A stretch of DNA of 64,000 nt from the human T2T-CHM13v2.0 reference genome, Homo sapiens. Location: the NCBI RefSeq assembly GCF_009914755.1, contig NC_060926.1; one strand, written 5' to 3'. Both the position numbers and the translations under genes were made by a program. This document shows positions 16,614 through 31,710 of this stretch, in pieces; within the stretch, counting starts at the first letter, position 1, and each line of letters opens with the position of its first letter. Below the pieces are notes generated by a model that was not told the DNA's origin, made no database searches, and saw nothing but the letters and a program-made list of their open reading frames with translations.

Positions 16614-17920
16614 TAAGCTGATTTCTATAATCCATTTGTTATGAAACCTCTATATTTCGTGTATACACTTATGTATCCATGATTAAAGTTAACCTTTGTT
16701 TCTTATGTCAATTAAGATAAAACTCAACTGTAAATAAATTATAAATACAACAAAGAATAAAGCAAACAGGATTTCTTGGTTAGTGATTTGTTTTAACTTT
16801 TATTCTTTCTTTACATAACGAGATGTCTAAAGCTAGAGCTAAGCAGCCCAAGGCCAGTGAAGATGCTCCATGATTATGCCAGGAATGCAATAGATAATTA
16901 AGAGGTGATACAGCCATTCAAAGAAGCAGCTAAATGGGGATAGAGCATGAATTGTGTCTTATAAGCAACAGCAGTCATAATCATTTATTGAGAATACGCC
17001 TTTTAATAGGGCATTATGCAATGCTTTACATATATTACATCCATTAATATTTATAACAATAATAAAAAGCTCTAAGAAAGAAGCATTATGATGATGATTC
17101 TCATTTACACATAAAGAAATGCACCCAAGAAGAAGCTTCAATGTCTAGAGTAGATAGTAGTATGTCAGGTAGATTATGAAAAGGTGGCAGATACAGTATC
17201 AGACATAATCTCTTGTGGAGTTAGGAGACATAAGTTAAATAATGTATAATCAGAATCCAAATTACAAGTTACCAAACAACAGCAGCCAAGACAGAGAAAG
17301 TGAAGTACAGACTGTGAAAGCTGAGTCACTACAAAGTTGCTAGTGAACCAATGAGGGGCTTAGCCTCCAGCTTGCTCTGAGAAGCTGCCTGAACTGGGTA
17401 CATGTAGGAGGAATCTTGATGTAGCGTTAATCAGTGAGACTTTCCTCTCACATATAAATTCTATCTGGATAGGCTATGGGGGAGGTGATGACAATGACAC
17501 ATACCCTCCGGGGCATGGCTAGAAGGAATAAAATTAAGGGGAAGAGCCCAGACTCCTCTGTGGAATGTATTGGTCATTACTTTTATGCAATGAAGCTCTT
17601 TTATCTGCATTATAAATATCAATTTTTTAAAATAATTGTTCTTGACATCAAAGGACACAATCAATAGACTGGAAAGGTAATCCATGGAATGGGAGAAAAT
17701 GTTTGCAAATCTTACATCTGATAAGGAGTTAACAGACTATATAAATAACTCTACAACAGCAAAACAAGCTGTTTACAAAATGGGCAAAGGACTTGAATGA
17801 CATTTGTCCAAAGGAAATATACAAATTGCCAATAAAAACATGAAAAAGACTCTCAGAATAAATCATATGAAATGCAAATCAAAAACACAATGATATATTA
17901 CCTCACATCCATTAGAATGA

Positions 17921-19467
<1,547 letters not shown>

Positions 19468-20339
19468 GATGGCTTCTGCAGAAATAAAAAAAAAAAAAAA
19501 AAGAAAAGAAAATGACCAAAGAAAACGTTGGTTAGGATGAGGAGAAAATTGGATCACTTGTTCTCTTTTAGTGAAATGCAAAGTGGTATAGCCCCTATGA
19601 AAAGCAGTATGGTGGTTTCTCAAAAAAAATTCTTAAAAAAAGAATTATCATAAGATCCAACAATTCCACTTACGGATATATATTCAAAACTATTAAAAGT
19701 GAAGTGTCAAAGAGATATTTGTGCGCTCATGTTCATAGCATCATTATTCATAATAGCAAAAACGCAGAATCAACCAAAATATCTATTGATGGATGAGTGG
19801 GATCAACAAATTGTGGTATACACCTTGCAATGGAATATTATTCAACCTTAAGAAAAAGAAAATTCTGAGACATGCTCTAACACAGATGAACTGTAAGGAC
19901 GTTATGCTAAGTGATATAAGCCAGGCACACAAAAGACAACTACTACATTATTCTACTACATTTTTCTGCTTACATGAAGTACCTAGAGATTAATAGAGAC
20001 TGAAAGTAAAATGGCAGGTGCCAAGAGTTATGGGGGGTGGGGAATAGGAAGTTGTGGTTTAATGAGCATAGAGTTTCAGTTTTACAAGATGAGAAAATAT
20101 GAAGATTGATTGCACGACAATGTGAATGTATTGCTGAACTGTACACTTAAAATGGTTAATATGATTTTTTAAAAAAGCACCTGGTCTGGAACACCAAACA
20201 AATTGGAGTTTTTTCTCTAGTCAGTGGACAGTTAGCCTCTAAAGGTATGTAAGAAAACATTTGTAGTTTAGAAATATCCTCTTACCAACATCTAGTGGAT
20301 GAATAGTTGGGAGACTGGAAGTAACTAGGGATCTATGCA

Positions 20340-20648
20340 ACACAGACGAACTTTGAAAATGTTACGCTAAGTGAAAGAAGTCAGTCACAGAAGAAAACAT
20401 ATTGTTAGAATATATGCCTACCTATATAAAATGTCCAGAGTAGGCAAATTTAAAGAGACAGAAGTATATTAGTGTTTTTCTATGGCTAGGGGTGTGGAGG
20501 GGCTGGAAGCAGACAACTAAATGGTAAGGGGTTTCTCTATGGGTGATGAAAATGGCATAAAATTGATAGTAGTGACAAGTCTCATTACTCTGTGAATATA
20601 TCAAAACCATTGATATATAGGAATCATGTGAATTATATCTCAAGAAAA
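20340..20648 (+). mobile_element. L1ME/MC 3' UTR fragment
   Basis: GCTAAGTGAAAGAAGTCAGTCACAG...TCCAGAGTAGGCAAATT...GTGAATTATATCTCAA. Confidence 0.7.
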
Positions 20649-20649
20649 C

Positions 20650-20664
20650 TCTATCATCTGTCTG

Positions 20665-20708
<44 letters not shown>
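20650..20708. repeat. Tetranucleotide STR TCTA TCA (TCTG)2 (TCTA)11
   Basis: Read directly from the sequence. Confidence 0.97.
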
Positions 20709-20734
20709 ATTGAGCTTTTAGAATTCTTTCACAG

Positions 20735-20797
20735 GGTTGCATATATTTAACACCATAAAGTCCGAAGCAGGAAGACCTTCTACGAAAGCTTCCACTG
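20735..20797 (+). other. Candidate 63-nt exon (unverified)
   Basis: TTCTTTCACAG acceptor; CTAAT branch-like site ~28 nt upstream; CTG/GTATGT donor; one open frame. Confidence 0.2.
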
Positions 20798-23700
20798 GTA
20801 TGTGTTCTTGAGCCTCCTGAGCCAATAATCAAAGTAATAGGAGACTGATCTTCAATCTTTGTTTTCATCCTGTATCATCGAAATTGGATGCCTCACACTT
20901 GCAAAACCTCTCTAGTCTTGGTTTTTCAGGGCACACAGTTCACATCATTGGGGATAGTTTGAAGACTGAGTCTGCATGCAAAAGACTTAGAGCAGAATAT
21001 GAGAGAAGTGACCATATTTGCACTTAGAAGGTTGTGGTATTTCTGAGAATGAAGAAGTATCAGGTGAAAACTACATGCTGGAGACTACCTGATTCTCTCA
21101 CTCTTAAGCTACCATTTCCTACACAATAGTGAGGTGAGATTAGGTTGCACAGAGCAGAAGAGGAAGGAATACAGAAGGAAAAAACAGACTGTAAGGCATT
21201 ATAGCAATATGTACTAAATCAAAATTTATGGAGAGGAATGAATTTTAATAAAAGAAGATATCAATGCTTCTTCTTACAGTAGGAGCCAAGAAAGATAAAC
21301 CATCATTGATCCTGTAGACCCGGGCTAGTGAAAACTGGAACAATATAATATTGGTGATAAGATTTTGGCTAGAATCCCTTTCATAGTAAAGCTATATTCC
21401 AGAGCATACTTGAGACATATCAGGATTTAGAAGCTGGAAACTATCTTGATTTTTTAAGTTGTCATTTGCATCATGATCTCATAGCTTGTAATATATTCTT
21501 TCGTAAAAATGTGCACCTTCCAAATGCCTGATACTTTGTGAAGACATTAAGAAGAATAGTTAAACATTGACATTATTAGGTCAATCCAGGAAATTAAAAA
21601 AAATCATGGCTGACAAGAATGTAGAATACTGCTCTCCATGAATTAATGAAGAAGAAAAAATAATAATTCTATGCCCTTCTCTAAACTAATAATTCACTTG
21701 GCAAGAGCAAGCCTGAAGGGGTTTGGCAGTAAAATTTTTCTCTGAAGATTTATCACAGTCCATTCAAATCAAGATTGAGGTCTCAAGAGAAAAGTGGTGA
21801 GAAAGATGTCAAGCGTTTATGATTTGGTTACCATTTGCTTTGCAAGAAAAAGATACATTGTTACCATTATGGACTGAAAATTTTCTATCACAACAAAACA
21901 ATGGTTTTAAAACTGCAAAGTTCTCCATTCCTCTCTGCACTGATCTAGATTCTTTTTATATCGAATAACCCAAGTCAAGGCTTCATTTCCTATAAAACCT
22001 ATAAGGGCCGGCCTTAATCGACCTTCATTTTTTTCCAGTACTTCAATATTTGCATATACTATCCAGTATTTGATGTCCACTCTTGTCTAATAATGCCATC
22101 TCCATAAGTCTTTGTTTTTCCACCACAAGAGTATTTCTCTTTTGTTTTTAGATGTAGCTCACCTACTATACAAATCAGACCACTACAATCCTGTGAGAGA
22201 AAAATGTGTGTGCTCATTTATGTGTAGAGGAAAAGTATGGTGTTGTAATTCTTCACTATTTTTGTGGCACTTCTCCATCTCAATGTCTCCACTAAACAGG
22301 TTTTGAACTTTGAGCTTATTAATCATATGTTACACAATGCTAAAATCACCTCTTAAACACAATGACAAATTGATTCCGGTTTTGTTTTTAATCTGCCTAC
22401 TCTCATGGATAAGGTTTTTCCTTTAAGTTGTTCTCTATTCTGATTTTTCTTACCTGCCACTTAACCTTCCACACCCTGATTCCCAGATGCCAGTATCAAG
22501 ATTGGGGTACCTCACTGGTCTGTGTGGCAAAAAACATTTTGACCTGTTGCAGGAAAGCTTTTATTTTATTATGTATGTAACTTTCATGCTTCCAGCCATA
22601 ATTTGGGGCCTATAAAGATAATTTTTAAATATTTTTACTTAATTACATTATCAAAATTTAGCAAAGCATACTGGTAAATCAAACAGTTTGTTTACTGGGC
22701 TTCAAAAACAGGTTTAATGGATTATTGTTCTTCTGTGGAGTTGACTGAATATATCAGTGGCCCTAGCCTTCCATAGACAAAAACCTAAACGAACCCTGGT
22801 CATTGGTGGATCATTGCCATGGAAAAGACTTCTTTGTCTCTTCAGTACACACAAAGAGCAAGAAAACAACAATGGAGCAATTCTATCCAGGATCACATTT
22901 GCTATTATAATTACAGGGTGTCATGACTGCTGCTAGTTTTTAAGCTTCTGAAAGACTAGTTAAAAATAATAAGCATTTCATCAAACTTGATGTATGCCAA
23001 GAAGCAAAGTCTTCTTTCTCTGAAGATTGTCTGTTTTCTTTTTCTTTTTGTCACTTTTTAGCAAGCATTTTGTATTACTTAGAGGTAGCTATTGTCATTG
23101 TTTGTTTTACACTTACAGACTTGATAATAAAACAAATGCTCACCCAGGTATCCTAGCAACTCAGTTCCTTTTTTTATTTCTCTCTGGTGCTTAAATTAGA
23201 TGCTCTGAGAGCCTTTTCTCAAGCTATTAAGGGACACATATGGCTAATCTAGAGCAACACACTTCATCTTGGTCGAACTCACTGGAAATCAATATTCATT
23301 ATCATGGATTATTCACCTCAAAAAAGGACACTATTGGCTCTGAAAGTTATCAGGAGGCTGGAAATAACTACAAAATGGTGATAAAGGAGACACCATGAGG
23401 AAAGCAAGGCCACAGATTGGAAAGGAGTGACAGAGGAGTTATGTCTCATTCCCCCACTGGGCTCTGGCTCTCATTGCCCCAGCTGCAATCCCTGGCCTAA
23501 GGATGTAGGAGTTACCAGACTTAAATGTAGCTCCAGCTCTGTCATTACCAAAGTGTGATTGTCAGCAGGTCACTTAAGCCCAGGTTTATCTATGATCTAA
23601 CAAGAAAAGGCAGTGTCAGTGATCTGGAGAGATTGGCTGGCCACCCACCCCGGCATTCTGGGTAACCTCTAAAGTGTTGACTAACAACCCAAGACACAAG

Positions 23701-23849
23701 GGTTCTTGGTAGACACCCATATACAGAGCAAGACAAAATGAAAATATGAAGACTATAGCTTTGTTTAGGGAAACAGACTTGGGAAAGAAGCTTCTAGAAA
23801 CACAGAGACGAGCAGAAACAGTCCTAGTCTCCTGGAAGGGAATAGGGTG

Positions 23850-24110
23850 AGACTGGCTACAGCTGTCATATGAGAGCTGATTATTAAATTTTTAGGAATT
23901 TTGCTAGCTGGTCATTAAATCTGCCACTAGTAAAATCTAAATTATATAAATGTACAATAAAAATACATTAGAAACAAAGATAAAAGACAAAATTAATCAC
24001 TCCTTTATTATTTTATTATATTTCAATAGTATCTATGAATTGGTACTATGTACATGATTGAAATTAGCAAATGCCTCAAATCAGGGTTTTTTTGGAAGAG
24101 AGTGGGGAGG
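23850..24110 (+). mobile_element. MER63-like hAT DNA transposon remnant
   Basis: GAGAGCTGATTATTAAATTTTTAGGAATTTTGCTAGCTGG...AAATTAGCAAATGCCTCAAATCAGGG. Confidence 0.7.
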
Positions 24111-24139
24111 GATAACTATACTGGCTTTCAGAACACTTT

Positions 24140-24305
24140 TCACATACCTTGTGAGACAGTCAAGGTAATCACCATCATCTTACTTTATTATAGATTAAAA
24201 AAATTAACGAAGTAAAGTGACTGGCTTGAGTCACATAGTAAATGGCTGCATATAGGTAGGGTACCAAGTCTCCTGATTCCTAGTCCACAAAAATTTTCCT
24301 CTGTC
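24140..24305 (-). mobile_element. MIR fragment
   Basis: AAGTAAAGTGACTGGCTTGAGTCACATAGTAAATGGC core-like motif. Confidence 0.55.
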
Positions 24306-24311
24306 ACACTT

Positions 24312-24783
24312 CATCTTAGTCATTTTCTGTTGCTTATAATGGAATATCTGAAATGGGGTAATTTATAAAGAAAATAAATTCATTTCATACAGTTATAAAG
24401 ACTGAGAAGTCCAAGGCCCAGGGGCTGTATCTGGTGAGGGCCATCTTGCTGATGGGGATTTTCTACAGAGTCATAAAGTGGTACAGGGATCACATAGGAA
24501 AAACTGGCAGAATGTGGCTCAAATAACAAACAAACTTATTTTGTTTATTTAGTCATTAGATAGCTCAAGTCTCTCTTCCTCTTCTAATAAAGGCACCAGT
24601 TTCTCTCCCATGATAACCCATTAACCCATTCATCCATTAATCATTAATTCATGAATAATCCATTAATGGGAGCAGAGCCCTCATGACCCAATCACCCCTT
24701 AACACCTTACCTTTCAATACTGCCACATTGAGGATTAAGTTTCAACATGATCTTTGGAGCAGACAAAGATTCAAACCATAGCA
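24312..24783 (-). mobile_element. MSTD-like solo LTR
   Basis: TCTTAGTC...GGGTAATTTATAAAGAAAA...CCCTCATGACCCAATCACC...TCAAACCATAGCA. Confidence 0.85.
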
Positions 24784-26120
24784 TGTTTCACTTATTTTTC
24801 TTGTTATAGGAGGCCATAGAGCAAACTTTTGGTGATTTTATGTAGGCTCCTTACCTTGCTTAGCAGAATATTGTGTTACGTCTGTGACACACCTAATTCT
24901 CTGTCACTCTTTAAGCCAGGTACTCCACTTGTCTCAAGGGTAATGACATCTTCCCTGCCTTACAGGATTGTTGTGAGAAAGAAGTGAAATGGATAGAAAA
25001 GTGTTTTGAAATGAATATAGAGCTGTTAGAATTTTACGGAGTATTTTTTATTAAATTCTTTTAAATTTTGTTATTATCTCCACAATGATAAGAATTAAGC
25101 TAGCAGTAAAAGGATACAAACTGTTAGCTGGGACTTAAAAAAGAGACAAGTAAATAGCAGAACATGAATTTTCTGTCCCATTTACTCTCTCTTCAGTTTG
25201 TTTAGAATCGCTATATAGGTGCGGGATTTGTGACTCAAGTTAAAAGCAGTGTTAAAGGCAAGATCTCAAACTATAAGAATCTGAGAAGGCAACCTAAAAA
25301 ATATCATTCTGGACATTGGCCTTGGCAAATAATGTATGATGAAGCCCTAAAGAGCAATTGTGACAAAAACAAAGATTGACAATTGGAACCTAATTAAACT
25401 AAACAGCTTCTGCACAGCAAAGGAAACTATCAATAGAGCAAAAAGCCTACAGAATGGGAGCAAGTATTCACAAATTATTCGTCTGACAAAGGGCTAACAT
25501 CCACAATCTATAAGAAATTTAAACAATTCAACAAGCACAAACCAAATAGCCCCCATTAAAAGATAGACCAAAGACATGAACAAACTTTTCTCAAAAAAAG
25601 ACATACAAGGGGCCAAGAAACGTGAAAAAACGCTCAAAATCACTAATCGTCAGAGAAATGCAAATCAAAACCACAATGAGATGTCATCTCTCAGCAGTCA
25701 GAAAGGCTATTACTAAAAAATCAAAAAACAAGAGATGCAGGTGAGGCTGTGTAGAAAAGAGAACGTTTCTACACTGTTGGTGGGGCTGTAAATTAGTCCA
25801 GCCACTGCGGAAAGCAGTTTGGAGATTTATCAGAGAACTTAAAACAGAACTGCCATTTGACCCAATAATCCCATTACTGGGTATATATCCAAAAGAAAAT
25901 AAATTGTTCTACCAAAAAGATACATTCACTCACATGTTCATCACAGCACTATTCATCATAGCAAAGACATGGAATCAACCTAGGTGCCCATGAATTGTGA
26001 ACTGGATAAAGAAAATGTACATATACACCACAGTATACTACGCACAGCCATAAAAAAAAAAAAAAAAGAACAAAATCATGTCCTTTGCAGCAACATAGAC
26101 GCAGGTGAAGGACAGTATTC

Positions 26121-26537
26121 ATTTTTTGTTCTTTTCGTTTGTTTGTTTCTTTTTGAGACGGAGTCTCGCTCTGTCGCCCAGGCTGGAGTGCGGTGGCGCC
26201 ATCTCGGCTCACTGCAAGCTCCGCCCCCTGGGTTCACTTCAAGCTCCGCCCCCTGGGTTCACGTCAAGCTCCGCCCCCTGGGTTCACGTCAAGCTCCGCC
26301 CCCTGGGCTCACTGCAAGCTCCGCCTCCCGGGTTCACGCCATTCTCCTGCCTCAGCCTCCCGAGTAGCTGGGACCACAGGCGCCCGCCACCAGGTCCGGC
26401 TAATTCTTTTGTATTTTTTAGTAGAGACGGGGTTTCACCGCGTTAGCCAGGGTGGTCTCGATCTCCTGACCTCATGATCTGCCCGCCTCGGCCTCCCAAA
26501 GTGCTGGGATTACAGGCGTGAGCCACCGCGCCCGGCC
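26121..26537 (-). mobile_element. AluY with internal minisatellite expansion
   Basis: AluY motifs CAAGCTCCGCCTCCCGGGTTCACGCCATTCTCC; diverged TSD TGAAGGACAGTATTC (26106-26120) / TGAAAGACATTACTC (26538-26552). Confidence 0.95.
26215..26339. repeat. Minisatellite, 5 x 25 bp (CAAGCTCCGCCCCCTGGGTTCACGT)
   Basis: Units start at 26215, 26240, 26265, 26290 and 26315. Confidence 0.97.
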
Positions 26538-27255
26538 TGAAAGACATTACTCCAAATGAATTAACACACAACAAAAAAACAAATACTGAATGTTCTCACA
26601 CGCGGAACTAAGCTTTGGACGCCCATGGACATAAAGATAAAAACAGCATACACTGGAGACTGCTGAGGGGAAATGCGGAAGCGAAAGGGCTGAAAAACTA
26701 CCTGCTGGGTATTAGGCCCATTACCTGGATGATAGGATCATTTGTACCCCAAACTGAAATGTCATGTAATATGCCCACGTAACAAACCTACACATGTACC
26801 CCTGAATCTAAAATAAAAATTGAAATTATAAAAAACAAAAGAAAAAGGGAATAATTTATTACTTTTTATTAAAGGTATACAAGTAATTGAGCAGAAGATT
26901 GGGACTGCAAAAGAAAGAAGAAGTAAATAGAAAACTTTTGGCCAATAAAGAACGAAAATATTTCTTAGCAATATAAAGTGTTCTTTGTTGACAGGACAAA
27001 GTCCACACGGATTATGATGTAGTTAAGTTATCTGGGGTTTGTAAAACTCAAAACTGATCTCCGGTAATCTGGGATTCTATAAGAATCAGATTCCCTACAT
27101 ACCTATGAGACAAAATTATACAAGATGTCTGGGTTAACAGACAGGGCTGTTACAAGCAACAGTTGGAAAATGCAAATTCAGGCAGAAAATAATTCTTGAG
27201 CCTTAAAACCTTCACAAAATTATGTATTTGAAATTAAGAAGATAACATCTTCTGA

Positions 27256-27608
<353 letters not shown>

Positions 27609-27685
27609 TATTTTCTTACTGAGTTTTATCTTTTCTTGTTTTCTTTCTACTTTGGTGGTACTTTGTAGTGTTTTATGTATATCTA

Positions 27686-27760
27686 ACATGTATATATATA
27701 TTATATATATATTACATATATATGTATTATATATGTATTATATATATTACATATATATAT
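27686..27760. repeat. Degenerate (TA)n tract
   Basis: Read directly from the sequence. Confidence 0.9.
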
Positions 27761-27784
27761 CAACAACTTGTTCAACAACAACTT

Positions 27785-28405
27785 GAACACAGAAGCAGAT
27801 AAAATAATCTACCTATTAAATATCTAAACATTGTTTTTAGAAGCCACTCTTCTTAATACTTTGTTAAAAAGTAATCTTTCTTTTGGCTGGGCACAACGGC
27901 TTATGCTTGTAATTCCACTACTTTGGGAAGCCAAGGCTGATTGCTTGCGCTTAGGAGTTGGAGACTAGCCTAGTCAACATGGTCAAACCTTATCTCCACT
28001 AAAAATACAAAAATTTAGCCCGACATGGTGGTGAATGCCTGCAGTCCCGGCTACTCAGGAGGCTGAGATGGGAGAATCACATGAGACCCAGAAGTCGAGG
28101 CTGCGGTGAGCAATGATCACATCACTGCACTTCAGTCTGGGCAGTGACAGGGAGACCCTGCCCCTCCCTGCCAAAAATAAGGAATCTTTCATAAGACTAT
28201 AAGACTATTTTATGTTAATATGAAATGGTTCATTGTTATTTTAATAAACAAATAGACAAATAATAACATTAAAATTAGTGATACCTGTATTTTATACTTA
28301 ATATTTAAAATGGTAAATGTTGATAGATATAGTCCCCATGATCAGAAACTCTTTGGAGTCTTCAATATTTTTTAAGAATGTAAAGGAGTGCTGAGGCCAA
28401 AAAAA
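27785..28405 (+). mobile_element. Charlie1-like hAT transposon 3' remnant, split by an AluJ
   Basis: GATAGATATAGTCCCCATGATCAGAAACTCTTTGGAGTCTTCAATATTTTTTAAGAATGTAAAGGAGTGCTGAGGCCAAAAA. Confidence 0.7.
27885..28178 (+). mobile_element. AluJ
   Basis: Diverged sense dimer with J-type GTCGAGGCTGCGGTGAGC. Confidence 0.9.
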
Positions 28406-29303
28406 AATTTTTTTTAATCTAAAAATTGATTAGTTGATGAAAGAAATGTGGACCTTTTGGTCTTTAATTTCTGTAACTTTAAAATACCATTTATAACAAA
28501 GTAAAAACAAGACTTAGTATAATCCCCAATCTACTGTAGTTGGCACTGCAAAGTGGGAGATGTCAGTAGCGTGTTTTATTAAGTTCCTGTCATTCATCGA
28601 CAAGAGATGAGCAAAGGTTCAGCTTTTTATAATCTAGCCTAATGGACATTAAAACCATCCCTTTTATGCCTCTTTTATGCACACAAACGTGTGTTTGTGG
28701 ACAAGAAACTGATGAACACTGTTGCAACAGAGGATACACAGATACCAAAGTTGGTTCATGCACATTGACATAAAAATAATGAAAATAGTCCTTTTAATTA
28801 TAGTTACATAGTGATAATTGGACTGGAGAAGACCTTAACTTTTAGAATCAAGAATCCATTGTCTAGAGAACATTCTGTCAGGCAAGCTGTTTACATTATA
28901 GTTTTTACATTAAGTTTTTTTGGTCTAAATATCCTGTGGTTTATACAAATGTCCTCTGTGGATAAGCAGAATGAGAAAAAAACAGAAAACTGAAACCAGA
29001 CGGGGGCACTGAAAAGACTTGAGTAGAAAAGACAAAGCTCAAGATGAAGAATAGGAGCAAATCAAGTTGGATTGTTAAAGTACATCAAATTGTGATGGCC
29101 AATTATACCAGATGCGATCTGTACTTAAAATGTACTTCAAGTAAAAAAGGTGGTGAGGAGTGACCAAAAGTAAAATTTAACTTGGTGATAATACAGATAA
29201 AAACACAAAGAGTATTCTAGAGATAGAGATACTATAACAGGAAAACTTCAGTTCACTTTTTTCATTAATGTATATTCAATGACTCTATGGAGATGAATTA
29301 AGT

Positions 29304-29357
29304 GCTAGTCTAGATCCAAGAAATACAAGAGCTAGTCTAGATCCCAGAAATACAAGA
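29304..29357. repeat. 27-bp tandem duplication
   Basis: GCTAGTCTAGATCC(A/C)AGAAATACAAGA x2. Confidence 0.95.
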
Positions 29358-30147
29358 TTAATACAACATAGACTTTGTCCTTGAGATTCAGGAATTGTAT
29401 CACATATGCTTATATATTTATAACAATTGATTAAAAGAAAAGATTCCATTAAATCTAAATTGATACAGCTTCAAATAAGATTGTCCACCAAAGGATATTT
29501 TCATCAAGAGTGTAAGTGGATGCTGTTGAAAACTTTTTTTCTTTGTATTCTGCCATAGGTTTAGATTTTGGCATCTGACACTTTCTTTCCCTGGAAGACC
29601 TTGGAAGAAATTTCTTTGCCTTCAAATAAGAATAATAGAAGTGGCATTCAAAATAATTGTTGCCTTAAGTTTGATTTTGTGACAAAGATAAAAAACTGTG
29701 GTTTTATCCCTGTGCTATTAATGGGAACAGTGCTGATACAATCACTCCCTTTTCCTGCCCCACAGTGAGAGTCAGTGTGAAATATCTGTTTAGAAACTGA
29801 ATTATATTTTATTGATATATTGCAAATGTAAAACATTTCCTCACAAGTACGTTAATAAAAATCCATTCTTTTAAATAAATGAGAATACTCTTTCCCTACT
29901 GGATTGAGCCACCTAACAAAAAAATCCCAGTTAAAAAGTTATATTCTGTTTTTGAAATGAAAAATGAAGGCTGGCACCAGAGAACTAATGTCAGTAAATG
30001 GAGGCCATGTAAAATATGCTGTAGTTTGAACGTTGGAATAATGAAACCCTCACACACAAGGGGCTTCCAACCACTGAATCTCGCTTTGATCCTGATTATA
30101 CATTGCCTTCAAGCTTTCATGTGAAGTAGACAGGCAGAGTTTTCAAA

Positions 30148-30150
<3 letters not shown>

Positions 30151-30180
<30 letters not shown>
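30151..30180. repeat. (AC)15 microsatellite
   Basis: Read directly from the sequence. Confidence 0.98.
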
Positions 30181-30182
<2 letters not shown>

Positions 30183-30569
30183 GAGGAAGCCTGAGAACAT
30201 ATCCCCGGGAGCTGCGGTAGAGGGCAGATCGATTATCAAGAAAACCCTTTCCCAAGGAAAGCTCATGTGTAAATAAAAAATTTCCTCTACCTACAACTAG
30301 GAGAAGCTCATTAAAATTATGAAGAAATTTGAATGAAGTCCTGGTCTTTGTTTTTATCAGCATCCCTCAATGACCCTTTCCTAAACATGTTTCACACTAA
30401 AAAATGACCTCTTCCACCCTCCTGTTGAAATCCCTATAACCTAATGGAACGCACTCCATCCAGTAAGACCATATAAGCCGAGTGGCAAAGTGTTGCAAAT
30501 GGCTACCTGATATTGTATCTGTACAATTTCCATGTCTAAAAAGGAAATCTTAAATCCAAAGTAATCAAT

Positions 30570-31705
30570 TTATCTTTTCATTTTTGTATTGAGGTGAAAC
30601 TCATGTAACATAAAACGAACTATTTTCATATGATTAAAGACATGTTATTAAAGACACAAACACCACTTCTATCTAATCCCACATTTTTTTTATCACTCTA
30701 AAGGGAAACACCACACCCACTAAGGAGTTGCTCCATATTCTCCCCTCCACCCAGCTCCTGTCATTCACCAATCGACATTCTGTTTCTGTGGGTTTAATTT
30801 TCATATATATTTCATATAAATGGAATCATACAATATGTAAACTTTTGTGTTTGGCTTTATTTACTTAGCATAATATTTTTGAGGTTCATCCATTTTTTTG
30901 GTATGTATCATTCCTCATTTCTCTTTGTGGCTGTATAATATTCCATTATATCTATGTACCATAATTTACCCATTCATCTATTGAGGGATATATGGGCTCT
31001 TTTTATCTTTTGGCCCTTGCAAATAGTTCTGCTATAAATATGTGTGTACAAGTCTTTTTTAATATTAGTTTTTAATTCTTTGGGGTATGATGCTTTGAGG
31101 AATTGTACTCCTAAGTGCAGTGTTAATTCTATGTTTAACTTTTGAAGAACGACCAAACTGTTTTCTACACTCTTAAACCACCTTAAATTTCCATTATCAA
31201 TGTACAAGAGTTCCATTTTCTCAATTTTTTTTTTTTTTGAGATGGAGTCTCATTCTGTCGCCCTGGCTGGAGTGGAGTGGTGTGATCTCAGCTCACCGCA
31301 ACTTCTGCCTCCTGGGTTCAAGAGATTCTCCTGCCTCAGCCTCCTGAGTAGCTGGAATTATGGGAGCCCACAACCACACCTGGCTAATTTTTTTTATATT
31401 TAGTAGAGATGGGGTTTCGCCATGTTGGCTAGGCTGGTCTCAAACTCCTGACCTCAGGTGATCCACCTGCTTTGGCCTCTCAAAGTGCTGGGATTACAGG
31501 CATGAGCCACTGTGCCCAGCCCCTTTTTCTGTTTTTTAATTGTAGTCATCACACTGGGTGTGATGTGCTACATACTTGCAATTTTAAATTGCTTTTCTCA
31601 CATGGCAAATAATGTTGAACACTGTCTCATGTTTTTGGCCATTAGTATATCTTCTTTGAAGAAATGTCTATTATTCAAGTCCTTTGTCTATTTTTTTTAC
31701 TTGGG
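30570..31705 (-). mobile_element. Old L1 (L1MB/MC/ME) 3' fragment containing an Alu
   Basis: TTCATATAAATGGAATCATACAATATG...TTTACTTAGCATAATATTTTTGAGGTTCATCCAT. Confidence 0.8.
31225..31521 (-). mobile_element. AluSx-like
   Basis: Poly(T) and antisense dimer with ACCTCAGGTGATCCACC. Confidence 0.93.
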
Positions 31706-31710
31706 GAAAT

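Larger units (their letters stand above)
25260..26850 (+). mobile_element. L1PA15/16-like 3' fragment containing an AluY
   Basis: ORF2 3' region and 3' UTR ending CCTGAATCTAAAATAAAAATTGAAATTATAAAAA. Confidence 0.85.

Noticed and set aside
26215-26339. Short direct repeats that could resemble a CRISPR array
   Set aside because: Units are head-to-tail with no unique spacers, derive from Alu sequence, and the context is eukaryotic with no cas genes
28680-28702. Small hairpin CACAAAC-GTGT-GTTTGTG
   Set aside because: A 7-bp stem is expected by chance in 64 kb
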